Source: Dubosiella newyorkensis (lineage in GTDB: Bacteria; Bacillota_I; Bacilli_A; Erysipelotrichales; Erysipelotrichaceae). Taken from it: a stretch of 32,000 bases of DNA. This document shows positions 22,193-28,746 of this stretch, piece after piece (position 1 is the first letter of the stretch; the number at the start of each line of letters is the position of its first letter). The notes below the pieces were generated by a model that was not told where the DNA came from, ran no database searches, and saw only the letters and a program-made list of their open reading frames with translations. The stretch lies in the NCBI RefSeq assembly GCF_001945605.1, contig NZ_MPKA01000062.1, positions 1 to 32,000 on the forward strand, read 5' to 3'. The position numbers and the translations under genes were made by a program.

Positions 22193-22805
22193 CGTTGTCG
22201 CCGCTGCCAAAAGCCGATGCCGAAGCCATGTCTGCGAAATCCGACTCTGCCGATGCGGATCCGGTACCCAGCGGTTCGCCATCCGACATCTTGCACACGT
22301 TGTTCAACCCTTTCGAGATACCCATACCACCCTGCGGGTGATTATACGGATACATGGACAGCGTGACCTGGCAATAGTCGCCGCCCTGAATGTCTTCTTC
22401 GCCAAGATGGACGAGTGCCCCGTCCTGGACGGCTACGACGCCCGGCTTGTTCTTGCGCTTCAGGTTCATCAGGTAACAGCCTTTCACGTCTTCCGCATCC
22501 AGCGAGTCAGGACGCAGATCGGAATCGCAGTCGATCAGGATACCCTTGTTGCCGCCGTCCGGACGGATGAGTGGCGTCTTCCCCTTAGACTGGAACTTTG
22601 CCCCGTGTTTCTTCACGCCGGCTTCGAAAGCCGCCTTGTAGGCCGCGTTGATCGCGTTCAATGTCTTCTTGTCTTCCTTGTCGATCAGGATGGCCACGCT
22701 GTACGATGGCTCCGAGTCCTGATTTTCCGATGCGTATGGTGCGAATAAGTGCGGCCATACGATCCGCACGGTTCCAGTTCTTACATCTTCTGGTCTTTTT
22801 GCCAT
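22173..22805 (-). CDS. DUF2815-family protein (phage replication-module protein, possibly ssDNA-binding)
   Basis: N-terminus MAKRPEDVRTGTVRIVWPHLFAPYA...SYSVAILIDKED and its position between DUF2800 and PolA fit DUF2815. Acidic C-terminal tail. Confidence 0.65.
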   Translation of the reverse strand: MAKRPEDVRTGTVRIVWPHLFAPYASENQDSEPSYSVAILIDKEDKKTLNAINAAYKAAFEAGVKKHGAKFQSKGKTPLIRPDGGNKGILIDCDSDLRPDSLDAEDVKGCYLMNLKRKNKPGVVAVQDGALVHLGEEDIQGGDYCQVTLSMYPYNHPQGGMGISKGLNNVCKMSDGEPLGTGSASAESDFADMASASAFGSGDNDEDPFA

Positions 22806-22807
22806 GA

Positions 22808-23929
22808 TTATTCTCCTCCTTTGATCATGTCGCTAAAATCTTCGACCGCATCCGAATAGACGGGCCTTTTATCTGTGATTGGAACAAGCACAGGCTTGCC
22901 GCGCGGTTTATCGATATAAACCTCCGCCAATTCTGCGAAACGCTTTTTTCCGCACATCTTTTCAAGGCCGCCAATGCCAAGCAGCTCTTTCGGCTTATAG
23001 AGCTTGTTTTCTTCGTATCCTTCAGCAAGCAGCTTCTGGACGAGACTTTCTTTATCGCTGATCGTACGTCGGCTCGTCCCTTCGACAACTTTCCAGCCTT
23101 CGAATTCTGCTCCTTCCAAAGCTTGTCTTAAAGCTTCGTCCTGAAGTTCTTTGGCCCACGCCTGGATCGGATCGAGCTCATTAAGAAGCAGAGAGATCTC
23201 TTTTTGAGAAAGAAGATGTCGTCTTCGATAGGCTGCGATCTCTTCCATCTGCGCGGCTCTTGCTTTGCATGTCGATCGCGCCTTGCAGAATCGGCAGTGA
23301 GCGCCGGCGCATGCTTCTCCTTCGCCGGTCATTGCTTTTTGAGCGGCTGGAACAACGATCGTTTCAAGCCAGTCAAGAATGGCTGTTTTGGTCGTCTCCC
23401 ACGACGCTACGTTTTGGATCCTAGGCTGGAAGATGTGCAGTGTCACTCGTTCGAAGTCATAGAAGCTTCCGAGCAGATCGATCGCGCCGGCCGCATAAAG
23501 CATCAGCTGAGAGTTTTCTTCCGGATCGACCGGGACGCCTTTGCCATACTTAAAGTCGATCACATCAAGTCCGGCGTCAGACACGATCAAGGCGTCGCCT
23601 GTTCCAAAACCAGACGGAACCCAGCGCGAATAGTCGAGACGCTCTTCGATCAGCAGTTCCGGATTGTTGTGGCTGTTATAGATGCTGACCACATAGTCTT
23701 TGTAGTCGGTCGTGGCCTCATCCATCTCCTTGTCGGAGCACTCGATCTTCTTGCGCCCCTTCGACTTCCACTTCTTCAGCTTCTCTTCACAGATCGAGTG
23801 GGCAAGCGTGCCTTCCTGCGTGTAAATGGTGTCGGTATTCGGGAACGTCGATTCGAGCTTGGCTGAAACTGGACAGTTCAGCCATTTGCTCGATGACGAT
23901 GCCGATAAGAACGCGTGTTGGCTAGGCAT
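22808..23929 (-). CDS. DUF2800-family Cas4/RecB-like PD-(D/E)xK nuclease with an Fe-S cysteine cluster
   Basis: N-terminus HAFLSASSSSKWLNCP. DALIVSD...IDFKYGKG nuclease motifs. C-terminal C...CRFCKARSTC cluster. Confidence 0.75.
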   Translation of the reverse strand: MPSQHAFLSASSSSKWLNCPVSAKLESTFPNTDTIYTQEGTLAHSICEEKLKKWKSKGRKKIECSDKEMDEATTDYKDYVVSIYNSHNNPELLIEERLDYSRWVPSGFGTGDALIVSDAGLDVIDFKYGKGVPVDPEENSQLMLYAAGAIDLLGSFYDFERVTLHIFQPRIQNVASWETTKTAILDWLETIVVPAAQKAMTGEGEACAGAHCRFCKARSTCKARAAQMEEIAAYRRRHLLSQKEISLLLNELDPIQAWAKELQDEALRQALEGAEFEGWKVVEGTSRRTISDKESLVQKLLAEGYEENKLYKPKELLGIGGLEKMCGKKRFAELAEVYIDKPRGKPVLVPITDKRPVYSDAVEDFSDMIKGGE

Positions 23930-24326
23930 GATCAATCAGCTCCATCAGCTCGCCGTACTTCGCAGGGTCGAGTGTCGTTAGATTCTTGGCGCCAAGCTGA
24001 CTCAGCAAAGCCTTGAATCTAGGCCCATCCAGTTTTGACATCGCGGCCGCTCGAACTTCTTCGAGTGTGTAGGCTTTCTCTTCAGTTGGCTTTGGTTCAG
24101 TTTTGGTTTGAGTGTTGGTTTTGGTCACTTCTGGTCGCTTGATCGCCTGCTTGGTTGCGTGCTCGTCTTCGAACGGTCTGTCCAGATCGTCTTTGGTCAG
24201 TTTCTGTTTTTCTAAGGTGAATCCCATCTGATCGGGTTCGATCGTGGCCGATGGGTTGGCTAGGAAGCCCATCAGCTGGGCTTCGATTTCGGCGTAGCTG
24301 TCGCCTGTGATTTCTACTCTTATCAT
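23922..24326 (-). CDS. Hypothetical protein
   Basis: 134-aa ORF, coupled to the downstream gene. T/K/P-rich linker. Confidence 0.55.
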   Translation of the reverse strand: MIRVEITGDSYAEIEAQLMGFLANPSATIEPDQMGFTLEKQKLTKDDLDRPFEDEHATKQAIKRPEVTKTNTQTKTEPKPTEEKAYTLEEVRAAAMSKLDGPRFKALLSQLGAKNLTTLDPAKYGELMELIDHA

Positions 24327-24335
24327 TCTTTCCTC

Positions 24336-24551
24336 CTATATATGTTTTTGTTGCGTTGAAAGTTGCTTACCCTCTGCTATAAGGCTTCTTCTCTTCCACG
24401 GCTCGTCTCGACCGCAGATCAGGTCGCGATGACGTTTCTCGCGTGCTTCTTCTTGTTGTTTAACGTAATGCAAATAGCTAGCGCATTCGCCGTGGCATGT
24501 CGGCGTCCGTTTCGGGCACCGATAACATGGCGCTGTTGCGCCGGGTTTCAC
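24336..24551 (-). CDS. Small Cys-rich (zinc-finger-like) protein
   Basis: CYRCPKRTPTCHGEC... motif. 71 aa. Confidence 0.5.
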   Translation of the reverse strand: MKPGATAPCYRCPKRTPTCHGECASYLHYVKQQEEAREKRHRDLICGRDEPWKRRSLIAEGKQLSTQQKHI

Positions 24552-24844
24552 GGCTTGTCCTTTTCTGCTTTTTCTAAAGGCCCTTTATTGATTGCGGCAC
24601 ATTTTGTCCGCAAAACGGTCATGGCAAAACGAGCGTCTGTAAGTGCTGATTCCCACGATGTCAAATGATCTTCCATATCATCCAAAAGGAACTCAAAGTT
24701 GATGATGCTCATCGGGTCATCCACATGGATCCGACGAGATTCTTTGGTTAAAAGGTCTACGCCTTTTTTCGCCTTTTTTGTGATCTCCTGGCCGAAAAGG
24801 ATGTTCTTTTCGAGCTTCTGGAGATTCGATTTGATTAAGTGCAT
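24548..24844 (-). CDS. Hypothetical protein
   Basis: 98 aa. SD AAGGAGA before the ATG at 24844. Confidence 0.5.
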   Translation of the reverse strand: MHLIKSNLQKLEKNILFGQEITKKAKKGVDLLTKESRRIHVDDPMSIINFEFLLDDMEDHLTSWESALTDARFAMTVLRTKCAAINKGPLEKAEKDKP

Positions 24845-24862
24845 TTATGTCTCCTTGTTAAG

Positions 24863-24957
24863 TTCCGACCCCCTCAAAGAGCTGCCAAGCAAAAGAAAGG
24901 AAAAGCGCTTGTTTGAATTGTGTATAGTATCTTGACAGCTCCGTGACGGAGCCGGAA
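24863..24957 (-). ncRNA. Structured intergenic RNA element, copy 1 (~25-bp irregular helix with a 41-nt apical region)
   Basis: - strand: UUCCGGCUCC/GGGGGUCGGAA, a G-G mismatch, UCA/UGA, a C-U mismatch, then GGAGCUGUCAAG/CUUGGCAGCUCU. The 4 G-U pairs are valid only on the - strand. Confidence 0.5.
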
Positions 24958-24970
24958 TCTATCTTGTTTT

Positions 24971-25147
24971 TTATTTGTTGTTGATCAGTTCTTTAAGGCA
25001 TCTCGCCGCCTCCGAGGCGGCATTCACGAGCTGATCGCGCTCGCTTTTGTAAAGCACATCTGTCTCTTCCAAGCACTGCACGATCGACACGCTCTCCAGG
25101 AGCTCGCCGATGCACCGATGCGCCCATGTTTCAGTTCTTGTGTCCAT
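24971..25147 (-). CDS. 58-aa hypothetical protein
   Basis: MDTRTETWAHRCIGELLESVSIVQCLEETDVLYKSERDQLVNAASEAARCLKELINNK. SD AAGGGAA. Below the ORF-track cut-off. Confidence 0.4.
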   Translation of the reverse strand: MDTRTETWAHRCIGELLESVSIVQCLEETDVLYKSERDQLVNAASEAARCLKELINNK

Positions 25148-25167
25148 TTGGTTCCCTTTCTGTGATG

Positions 25168-25270
25168 CTCCGGTCCCCTCAAGAGCCTGCCGAGATTTGA
25201 AGCTTAAAGCGTTGATTTATAAGGAGATTTACTATGGTCTTTTCACGACAGACTCGTGACGGGACCGGAG
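25168..25270 (-). ncRNA. Structured intergenic RNA element, copy 2 (paralog of 24863-24957)
   Basis: - strand: CUCCGGUCCC/GGGGACCGGAG, a G-G mismatch, UCA/UGA, a C-U mismatch, then GAGUCUGUCG/CGGCAGGCUC. Same architecture as copy 1, with compensatory substitutions. Confidence 0.5.
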
Positions 25271-25330
25271 TTTGTGTTATAATTCAGTGTGTATATTTTT
25301 TCTTGGAGGGCTTTCGCGAGTCCTCCTTTT

Positions 25331-25513
25331 TTAGCTGTTTACGGTCGCATTTTGCTGTCTGCTAGACGGATCATGGACTCTTCCAGATACTTTCCGAAGT
25401 TCCCTTTTCTTTTTCCAGGCTTCGAATTCAGCCTGTACAGTTGGATCAGCGTAGAACTCTGTAAGCTTCTCTTTTGTGATCCCGCGCGCTAGACCTTCTA
25501 TAATTTTTTCCAT
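25331..25513 (-). CDS. Hypothetical small protein
   Basis: ATG at 25513 after GAAAGGAAG. 60 aa. Confidence 0.45.
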   Translation of the reverse strand: MEKIIEGLARGITKEKLTEFYADPTVQAEFEAWKKKRELRKVSGRVHDPSSRQQNATVNS

Positions 25514-25526
25514 TTTGTTCTTCCTT

Positions 25527-25706
25527 TCAATGTGGCGTCTCAAGCATGAAAGTCAGCAGGATCAGAGCTGCGCCGATCACGCTGGTGATGATTTGGATCT
25601 TTCGATGTTCTTTTAGAGCTTCGGTTTGGAGCTCGATCATCGCTTTTTCCTCAAGATGCTTTTGGATGTTCTTGTTGACCCTGGCCATGAACTTGTAGTC
25701 AGTCAT
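25527..25706 (-). CDS. Hypothetical small protein with a C-terminal TM helix
   Basis: ATG at 25706 after AAAGAGGAAAA. ...IQIITSVIGAALILLTFML. Confidence 0.4.
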   Translation of the reverse strand: MTDYKFMARVNKNIQKHLEEKAMIELQTEALKEHRKIQIITSVIGAALILLTFMLETPH

Positions 25707-26058
25707 GAGGTTTTCCTCTTTGGAGAACTTGCTGATAAGCAGCGTCTCCAATTTTTTCAAAGACTGAGTCGATCAGCGACAGCGCTACCCGATATGCTCT
25801 TTCTGCCCCCAAGGCATTCCAATATTCTTCCGACTCGTCTTCCTCTTCGTCTTGCGCATCTAAAACTACAGATAAACGAGCATTCAACTTATCACCAATT
25901 CGAGTCAATTCCGCTAATAGATCGACTCCAAAAGCAGGATCTGCAAGTTCCATATCTCTAAGAGCATGTTCAAAGCCGGCAAAATAAGATTCATTGATAG
26001 ATCCATCTGCCAAAGACCGTGCAGCCATCTGATGTAGCCGTTCAATTTGATTTTTCAT
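25699..26058 (-). CDS. Hypothetical acidic protein
   Basis: ATG at 26058 after GGAGAAAAG. 119 aa. Confidence 0.5.
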   Translation of the reverse strand: MKNQIERLHQMAARSLADGSINESYFAGFEHALRDMELADPAFGVDLLAELTRIGDKLNARLSVVLDAQDEEEDESEEYWNALGAERAYRVALSLIDSVFEKIGDAAYQQVLQRGKPHD

Positions 26059-26284
26059 ACGCTTTTCTCCTTTTCCATTCTTCTTTGTAGCAATCCTCAC
26101 ATACCGCATAGCCGAAGCCTGCAAAGTTGTGAATTTCCAGCGAAGTAAAAGTGTCTCGATACCGAACTGGCTTTCCACAGGCTGCACATACTATCGGAGC
26201 ATTAAGATTTGCGATTGTCACGCTTCCGAGTGGCAACTCATAGGGATCGTACTCGCGGGATTCATAATTCCATTTACCTACCAT
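26042..26284 (-). CDS. Zn-ribbon (CxxC...CxxC) small protein, paralog B
   Basis: WNYESREYDPYELPLGS...IVCAACGKPVRY...AVCEDCYKEE. Confidence 0.55.
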   Translation of the reverse strand: MVGKWNYESREYDPYELPLGSVTIANLNAPIVCAACGKPVRYRDTFTSLEIHNFAGFGYAVCEDCYKEEWKRRKAYEKSN

Positions 26285-26561
26285 TTTGCTTTTCCCTTCT
26301 TGCTCGATTTGCTGCCGTTACTCTCCTGATTTCTTGTATTTCGCATTGTTTACAAACTGCAAACGGCTCATGATCAACATCGAAAATTTCTCTTGAACTC
26401 ACGGCTCTTCCGTACTTTATTTCTTTTCCGCACGAAGCACATTTGATCAAAGTGCGATTTAAAGGGCTGTGATACGGTTCCATTAAGGCGCTTCCTTCTG
26501 GAACTTCGTATGGTTCGTGCTTCTCGGTGAGCGGGTTCCATTTAACGTTTTTTTCTTTCAT
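26274..26561 (-). CDS. Zn-ribbon (CxxC...CxxC) small protein, paralog A
   Basis: WNPLTEKHEPYEVPEGS...IKCASCGKEIKY...AVCKQCEIQE. Confidence 0.55.
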   Translation of the reverse strand: MKEKNVKWNPLTEKHEPYEVPEGSALMEPYHSPLNRTLIKCASCGKEIKYGRAVSSREIFDVDHEPFAVCKQCEIQEIRRVTAANRARREKQNGR

Positions 26562-26584
26562 TTCCTTTCTCCTATCTATTCCTC

Positions 26585-26842
26585 TTAAATGCCGTTTAGT
26601 TCGGCATAATCCTTCCGGATCTTTGTTTCGCTTGTATTAAGCTTCTTGATCAGTCTAGAAACATGGACACCGCCTTCAAGGGCCTTTTTCCCTTCCTTGG
26701 CTACTTCTTCATTGATTTCGTTCATGATCTTTTTTGCGCTTCTATAGCCGCACGGCCAGAATTGTTGGATATCCTGGTTATTGCACCAGCCTTTGACCAG
26801 AAGCTCATAGCGTGCTTTTGCGAGTTCTTTGACATCGGCCAT
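26585..26842 (-). CDS. Hypothetical small protein, possibly DNA-binding
   Basis: ATG at 26842, 9 nt after AAGGAG. 85 aa. Confidence 0.4.
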   Translation of the reverse strand: MADVKELAKARYELLVKGWCNNQDIQQFWPCGYRSAKKIMNEINEEVAKEGKKALEGGVHVSRLIKKLNTSETKIRKDYAELNGI

Positions 26843-26858
26843 TTTTCTCATCTCCTTT

Positions 26859-27050
26859 TTAATACTCATTGATAGATACGATCGGCATGCTCAGCACTCC
26901 GATCATCTCCAAAAACCTTTTAGTAACCCTTCTGCCTCGAGACCATTGCCGTCCCGAGATGTACTGTTTCAAATAAAAGCCGCCTTTGAGATGCGACACC
27001 TCCCAAACCTTGTGGGAGTTGTATGGATCTTGATATCTGATTCTTCTCAT
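26859..27050 (-). CDS. Hypothetical small basic protein
   Basis: ATG at 27050 after AAAAAAGGAGAG. 63 aa. Overlaps the 3' tail of the Bro-N ORF in another frame. Confidence 0.45.
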   Translation of the reverse strand: MRRIRYQDPYNSHKVWEVSHLKGGFYLKQYISGRQWSRGRRVTKRFLEMIGVLSMPIVSINEY

Positions 27051-27378
27051 TTTGTTCTCTCCTTTTTTGATTTCTTTCCTCTCTATTCCAGCGTTTGAAG
27101 CGTTTGGCTTCCTCAAGTTTTGAACCAAATATCAAGCTGTATAAGCCTGACTCCGAAATCGCAATCGCTTTTGTGGGGCTACCGTTTTGGGCGGTTAGAT
27201 TATTTAAATACACTGGTTGTTTATCTTCCGGATCTACATGTTGTCTGATAGCTTTATCCAAATTTGAATATCCTAAAATTCCAGCAACATCTTTTCCAAC
27301 AAAATATGGTTCATCATTGATGATGGTTGTGCGAACTTGTCCGAATTCGTCGTTTTTAAAAATTTGCAGTTCGTTCAT
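26920..27378 (-). CDS. BRO-N domain protein (antirepressor-type), apparently lacking the usual C-terminal domain
   Basis: MNELQIFKNDEFGQVRTTIINDEPYFVGKDVAGILGY...ISESGLYSLIFGSKLEEAKRFKRW is a canonical Bro-N domain. The last ~55 codons are low-complexity. Confidence 0.65.
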   Translation of the reverse strand: MNELQIFKNDEFGQVRTTIINDEPYFVGKDVAGILGYSNLDKAIRQHVDPEDKQPVYLNNLTAQNGSPTKAIAISESGLYSLIFGSKLEEAKRFKRWNREERNQKRREQNEKNQISRSIQLPQGLGGVASQRRLLFETVHLGTAMVSRQKGY

Positions 27379-27389
27379 AAGTCTCCTTT

Positions 27390-27590
27390 CTAATCCACCC
27401 TGATTACGAAATCATCAGGTTTCTTGTTTAATGCGCTGCAAATGGCTAAGAACTCGTTTACGTCGCATTTTCTTTTTCCTGACAAGATTTTCGAAAGTTT
27501 TTCTTCCGAAATCCCTGCTCTTTTTGCAACGTATTTTTGCTTGATTCCGTTATCATCCAAATATTTCTTCAATTTATCTTTATCGAACAT
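27390..27590 (-). CDS. cro: Cro-like XRE-family HTH repressor
   Basis: 66 aa with the HTH KQKYVAKRAGISEEKLSKILSGKR. Divergent from the CI-like gene. Confidence 0.8.
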   Translation of the reverse strand: MFDKDKLKKYLDDNGIKQKYVAKRAGISEEKLSKILSGKRKCDVNEFLAICSALNKKPDDFVIRVD

Positions 27591-27613
27591 ATATGCCTCC
27601 TTTCTGTGTTGAG

Positions 27614-27677
27614 TTTCTTAACACGCCATTACTATAACGTGTATTTTCTTAACAGTCAAGAAAGAAATGTTAAGAAA
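27614..27677. promoter_or_regulatory. Operator sites of the genetic switch (TTTCTTAACA x2 direct plus one inverted copy)
   Basis: TTTCTTAACA at 27614-27623 and 27645-27654. TGTTAAGAAA at 27668-27677. A variant TTTCTTGTTA at 27687-27696. Confidence 0.55.
27631..27659 (-). promoter_or_regulatory. Early lytic promoter (PR-like) for cro
   Basis: - strand: TTGACT (27659-54), 17 nt, TATAGT (27636-31). Confidence 0.6.
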
Positions 27678-27690
27678 TTCAACATTTTTC

Positions 27691-27719
27691 TTGTTATAGG
27701 GTATCTTTCGGGATAAAAT
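27691..27719 (+). promoter_or_regulatory. Repressor-gene promoter (PRM-like)
   Basis: TTGTTA (27691-96), 17 nt, TAAAAT (27714-19), then SD AAAGGAGAG and the ATG at 27744. Confidence 0.55.
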
Positions 27720-27743
27720 ACAAGCAAGAAAGGAGAGCTAAAG

Positions 27744-28469
27744 ATGAACAAATACTTAATTGAGCGCATTAAAGAAGCCCGAAAAGATTGCGGAATGAGT
27801 CAAAAAGAAGTTGCTGACATCCTTGGAATTAATCGTTCTACGATAGCAAGTTATGAAACCGGAAATTCAGAACCTGATATAGATACGTATATCAAACTTT
27901 GTAAAATCTATAACGCCAACTATGTTGATATCCTTAACAAAGCCTATGAATTACAGGAGATTGCCCAATTTACCCCAACTATCGAAGAAGAATACATTAT
28001 CGAAAAGATTCGCGATTTAAACGAAGAAGACAAAGTAATGATAGTTTCTTTAATTGAGCGTTTGACTACTAAATCCTCTTTAAAAGTCGAAGACGTGCCG
28101 ATTCGCTATGTAACGCTGCCTGCTTACGGATATGCCCCGTCGGCTGGTACCGGAAACTATATGCCTGATGACATTCCGGCAAGCACGATCCAGGTTCCGG
28201 AGTCTCCATCGGCCGAAAAAGCTGATTTCGTTGTTAGGGTCAGTGGCCATTCGATGGAACCGAAATTCATGGATGGTGATCTCGTCTTGGTTAAAAAAAC
28301 TGAAGTGCTTGATCCTGGCAAGATCGGTATATTTTCTGTGAATGGCGAAGCGCTGATCAAAGAGTACTTTCCTGATCGGCTGCATTCGCTCAATGCAAGA
28401 TACAAAGACATCGACCTTAATGACGGCGATACAGTGCGCTGCCTAGGCGAAGTAATCGGGAAATTATAA
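27744..28469 (+). CDS. cI: CI-like repressor: N-terminal XRE HTH plus C-terminal S24 (LexA-like) autopeptidase
   Basis: HTH MSQKEVADILGINRSTIASYETG. S24 motifs VSGHSMEP and GEALIKEY. Confidence 0.9.
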   Translation: MNKYLIERIKEARKDCGMSQKEVADILGINRSTIASYETGNSEPDIDTYIKLCKIYNANYVDILNKAYELQEIAQFTPTIEEEYIIEKIRDLNEEDKVMIVSLIERLTTKSSLKVEDVPIRYVTLPAYGYAPSAGTGNYMPDDIPASTIQVPESPSAEKADFVVRVSGHSMEPKFMDGDLVLVKKTEVLDPGKIGIFSVNGEALIKEYFPDRLHSLNARYKDIDLNDGDTVRCLGEVIGKL

Positions 28470-28527
28470 AAGAAAAGAGGAAAATGAGCCCCTGTCTGGA
28501 ATAAAAAATATCTTCCCTGTTCCACAA

Positions 28528-28740
28528 ATGCATAAAGTACCCTTAGTCGGAACGATCTCGTGTGGTGAGCCGATCTACATGGACGAGGAGCGCGGCGATT
28601 CGGAACTGCTCAATAAGTATTTGGAACTGATTCAAGATGAACAAGTCGGTGTCCTATTTGATAAGGTCGGGAAGCTGACTCCCAAACAACTCAAGGCTGT
28701 GTTGACTGTGATTGATGCGATTGATAAGGAAGAAGATTAA
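28528..28740 (+). pseudogene. Possible remnant of a second repressor (S24-type N-terminal motif on a 70-aa ORF without an SD)
   Basis: It begins HKVPLVGTISCGEPI, like the start of an S24 domain (PL.G.I.AG.P). No recognisable RBS. Confidence 0.3.
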
Positions 28741-28746
28741 ATAATT

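Noticed and set aside
22110-22748. A 212-aa + strand ORF opposite the DUF2815 gene.
   Set aside because: It is an antisense shadow with no SD and no motifs. The - strand ORF has a strong SD and the expected syntenic position.
24932-24960. TTGACA on the + strand inside RNA element 1, considered as a promoter -35.
   Set aside because: No acceptable -10 lies at 16-18 nt (GAATCT). The TATCTT candidate is 22 nt away. The motif is better explained as part of the conserved helix.
25305-25332. Stable hairpin GGAGG-GCTTTCGCGAGT-CCTCC followed by TTTTTT on the + strand, which looks like a + strand terminator.
   Set aside because: No supported + strand gene or promoter lies upstream of it. On the - strand it lacks a U tract. 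It may simply be a 3' stabilising hairpin after 25331-25513 or part of the neighbouring RNA element, so it is not called as a terminator.
28080-28525. - strand ORFs (101 and 122 aa) inside and just beyond the repressor gene.
   Set aside because: They overlap the well-supported HTH/S24 repressor CDS and have no translation signals.
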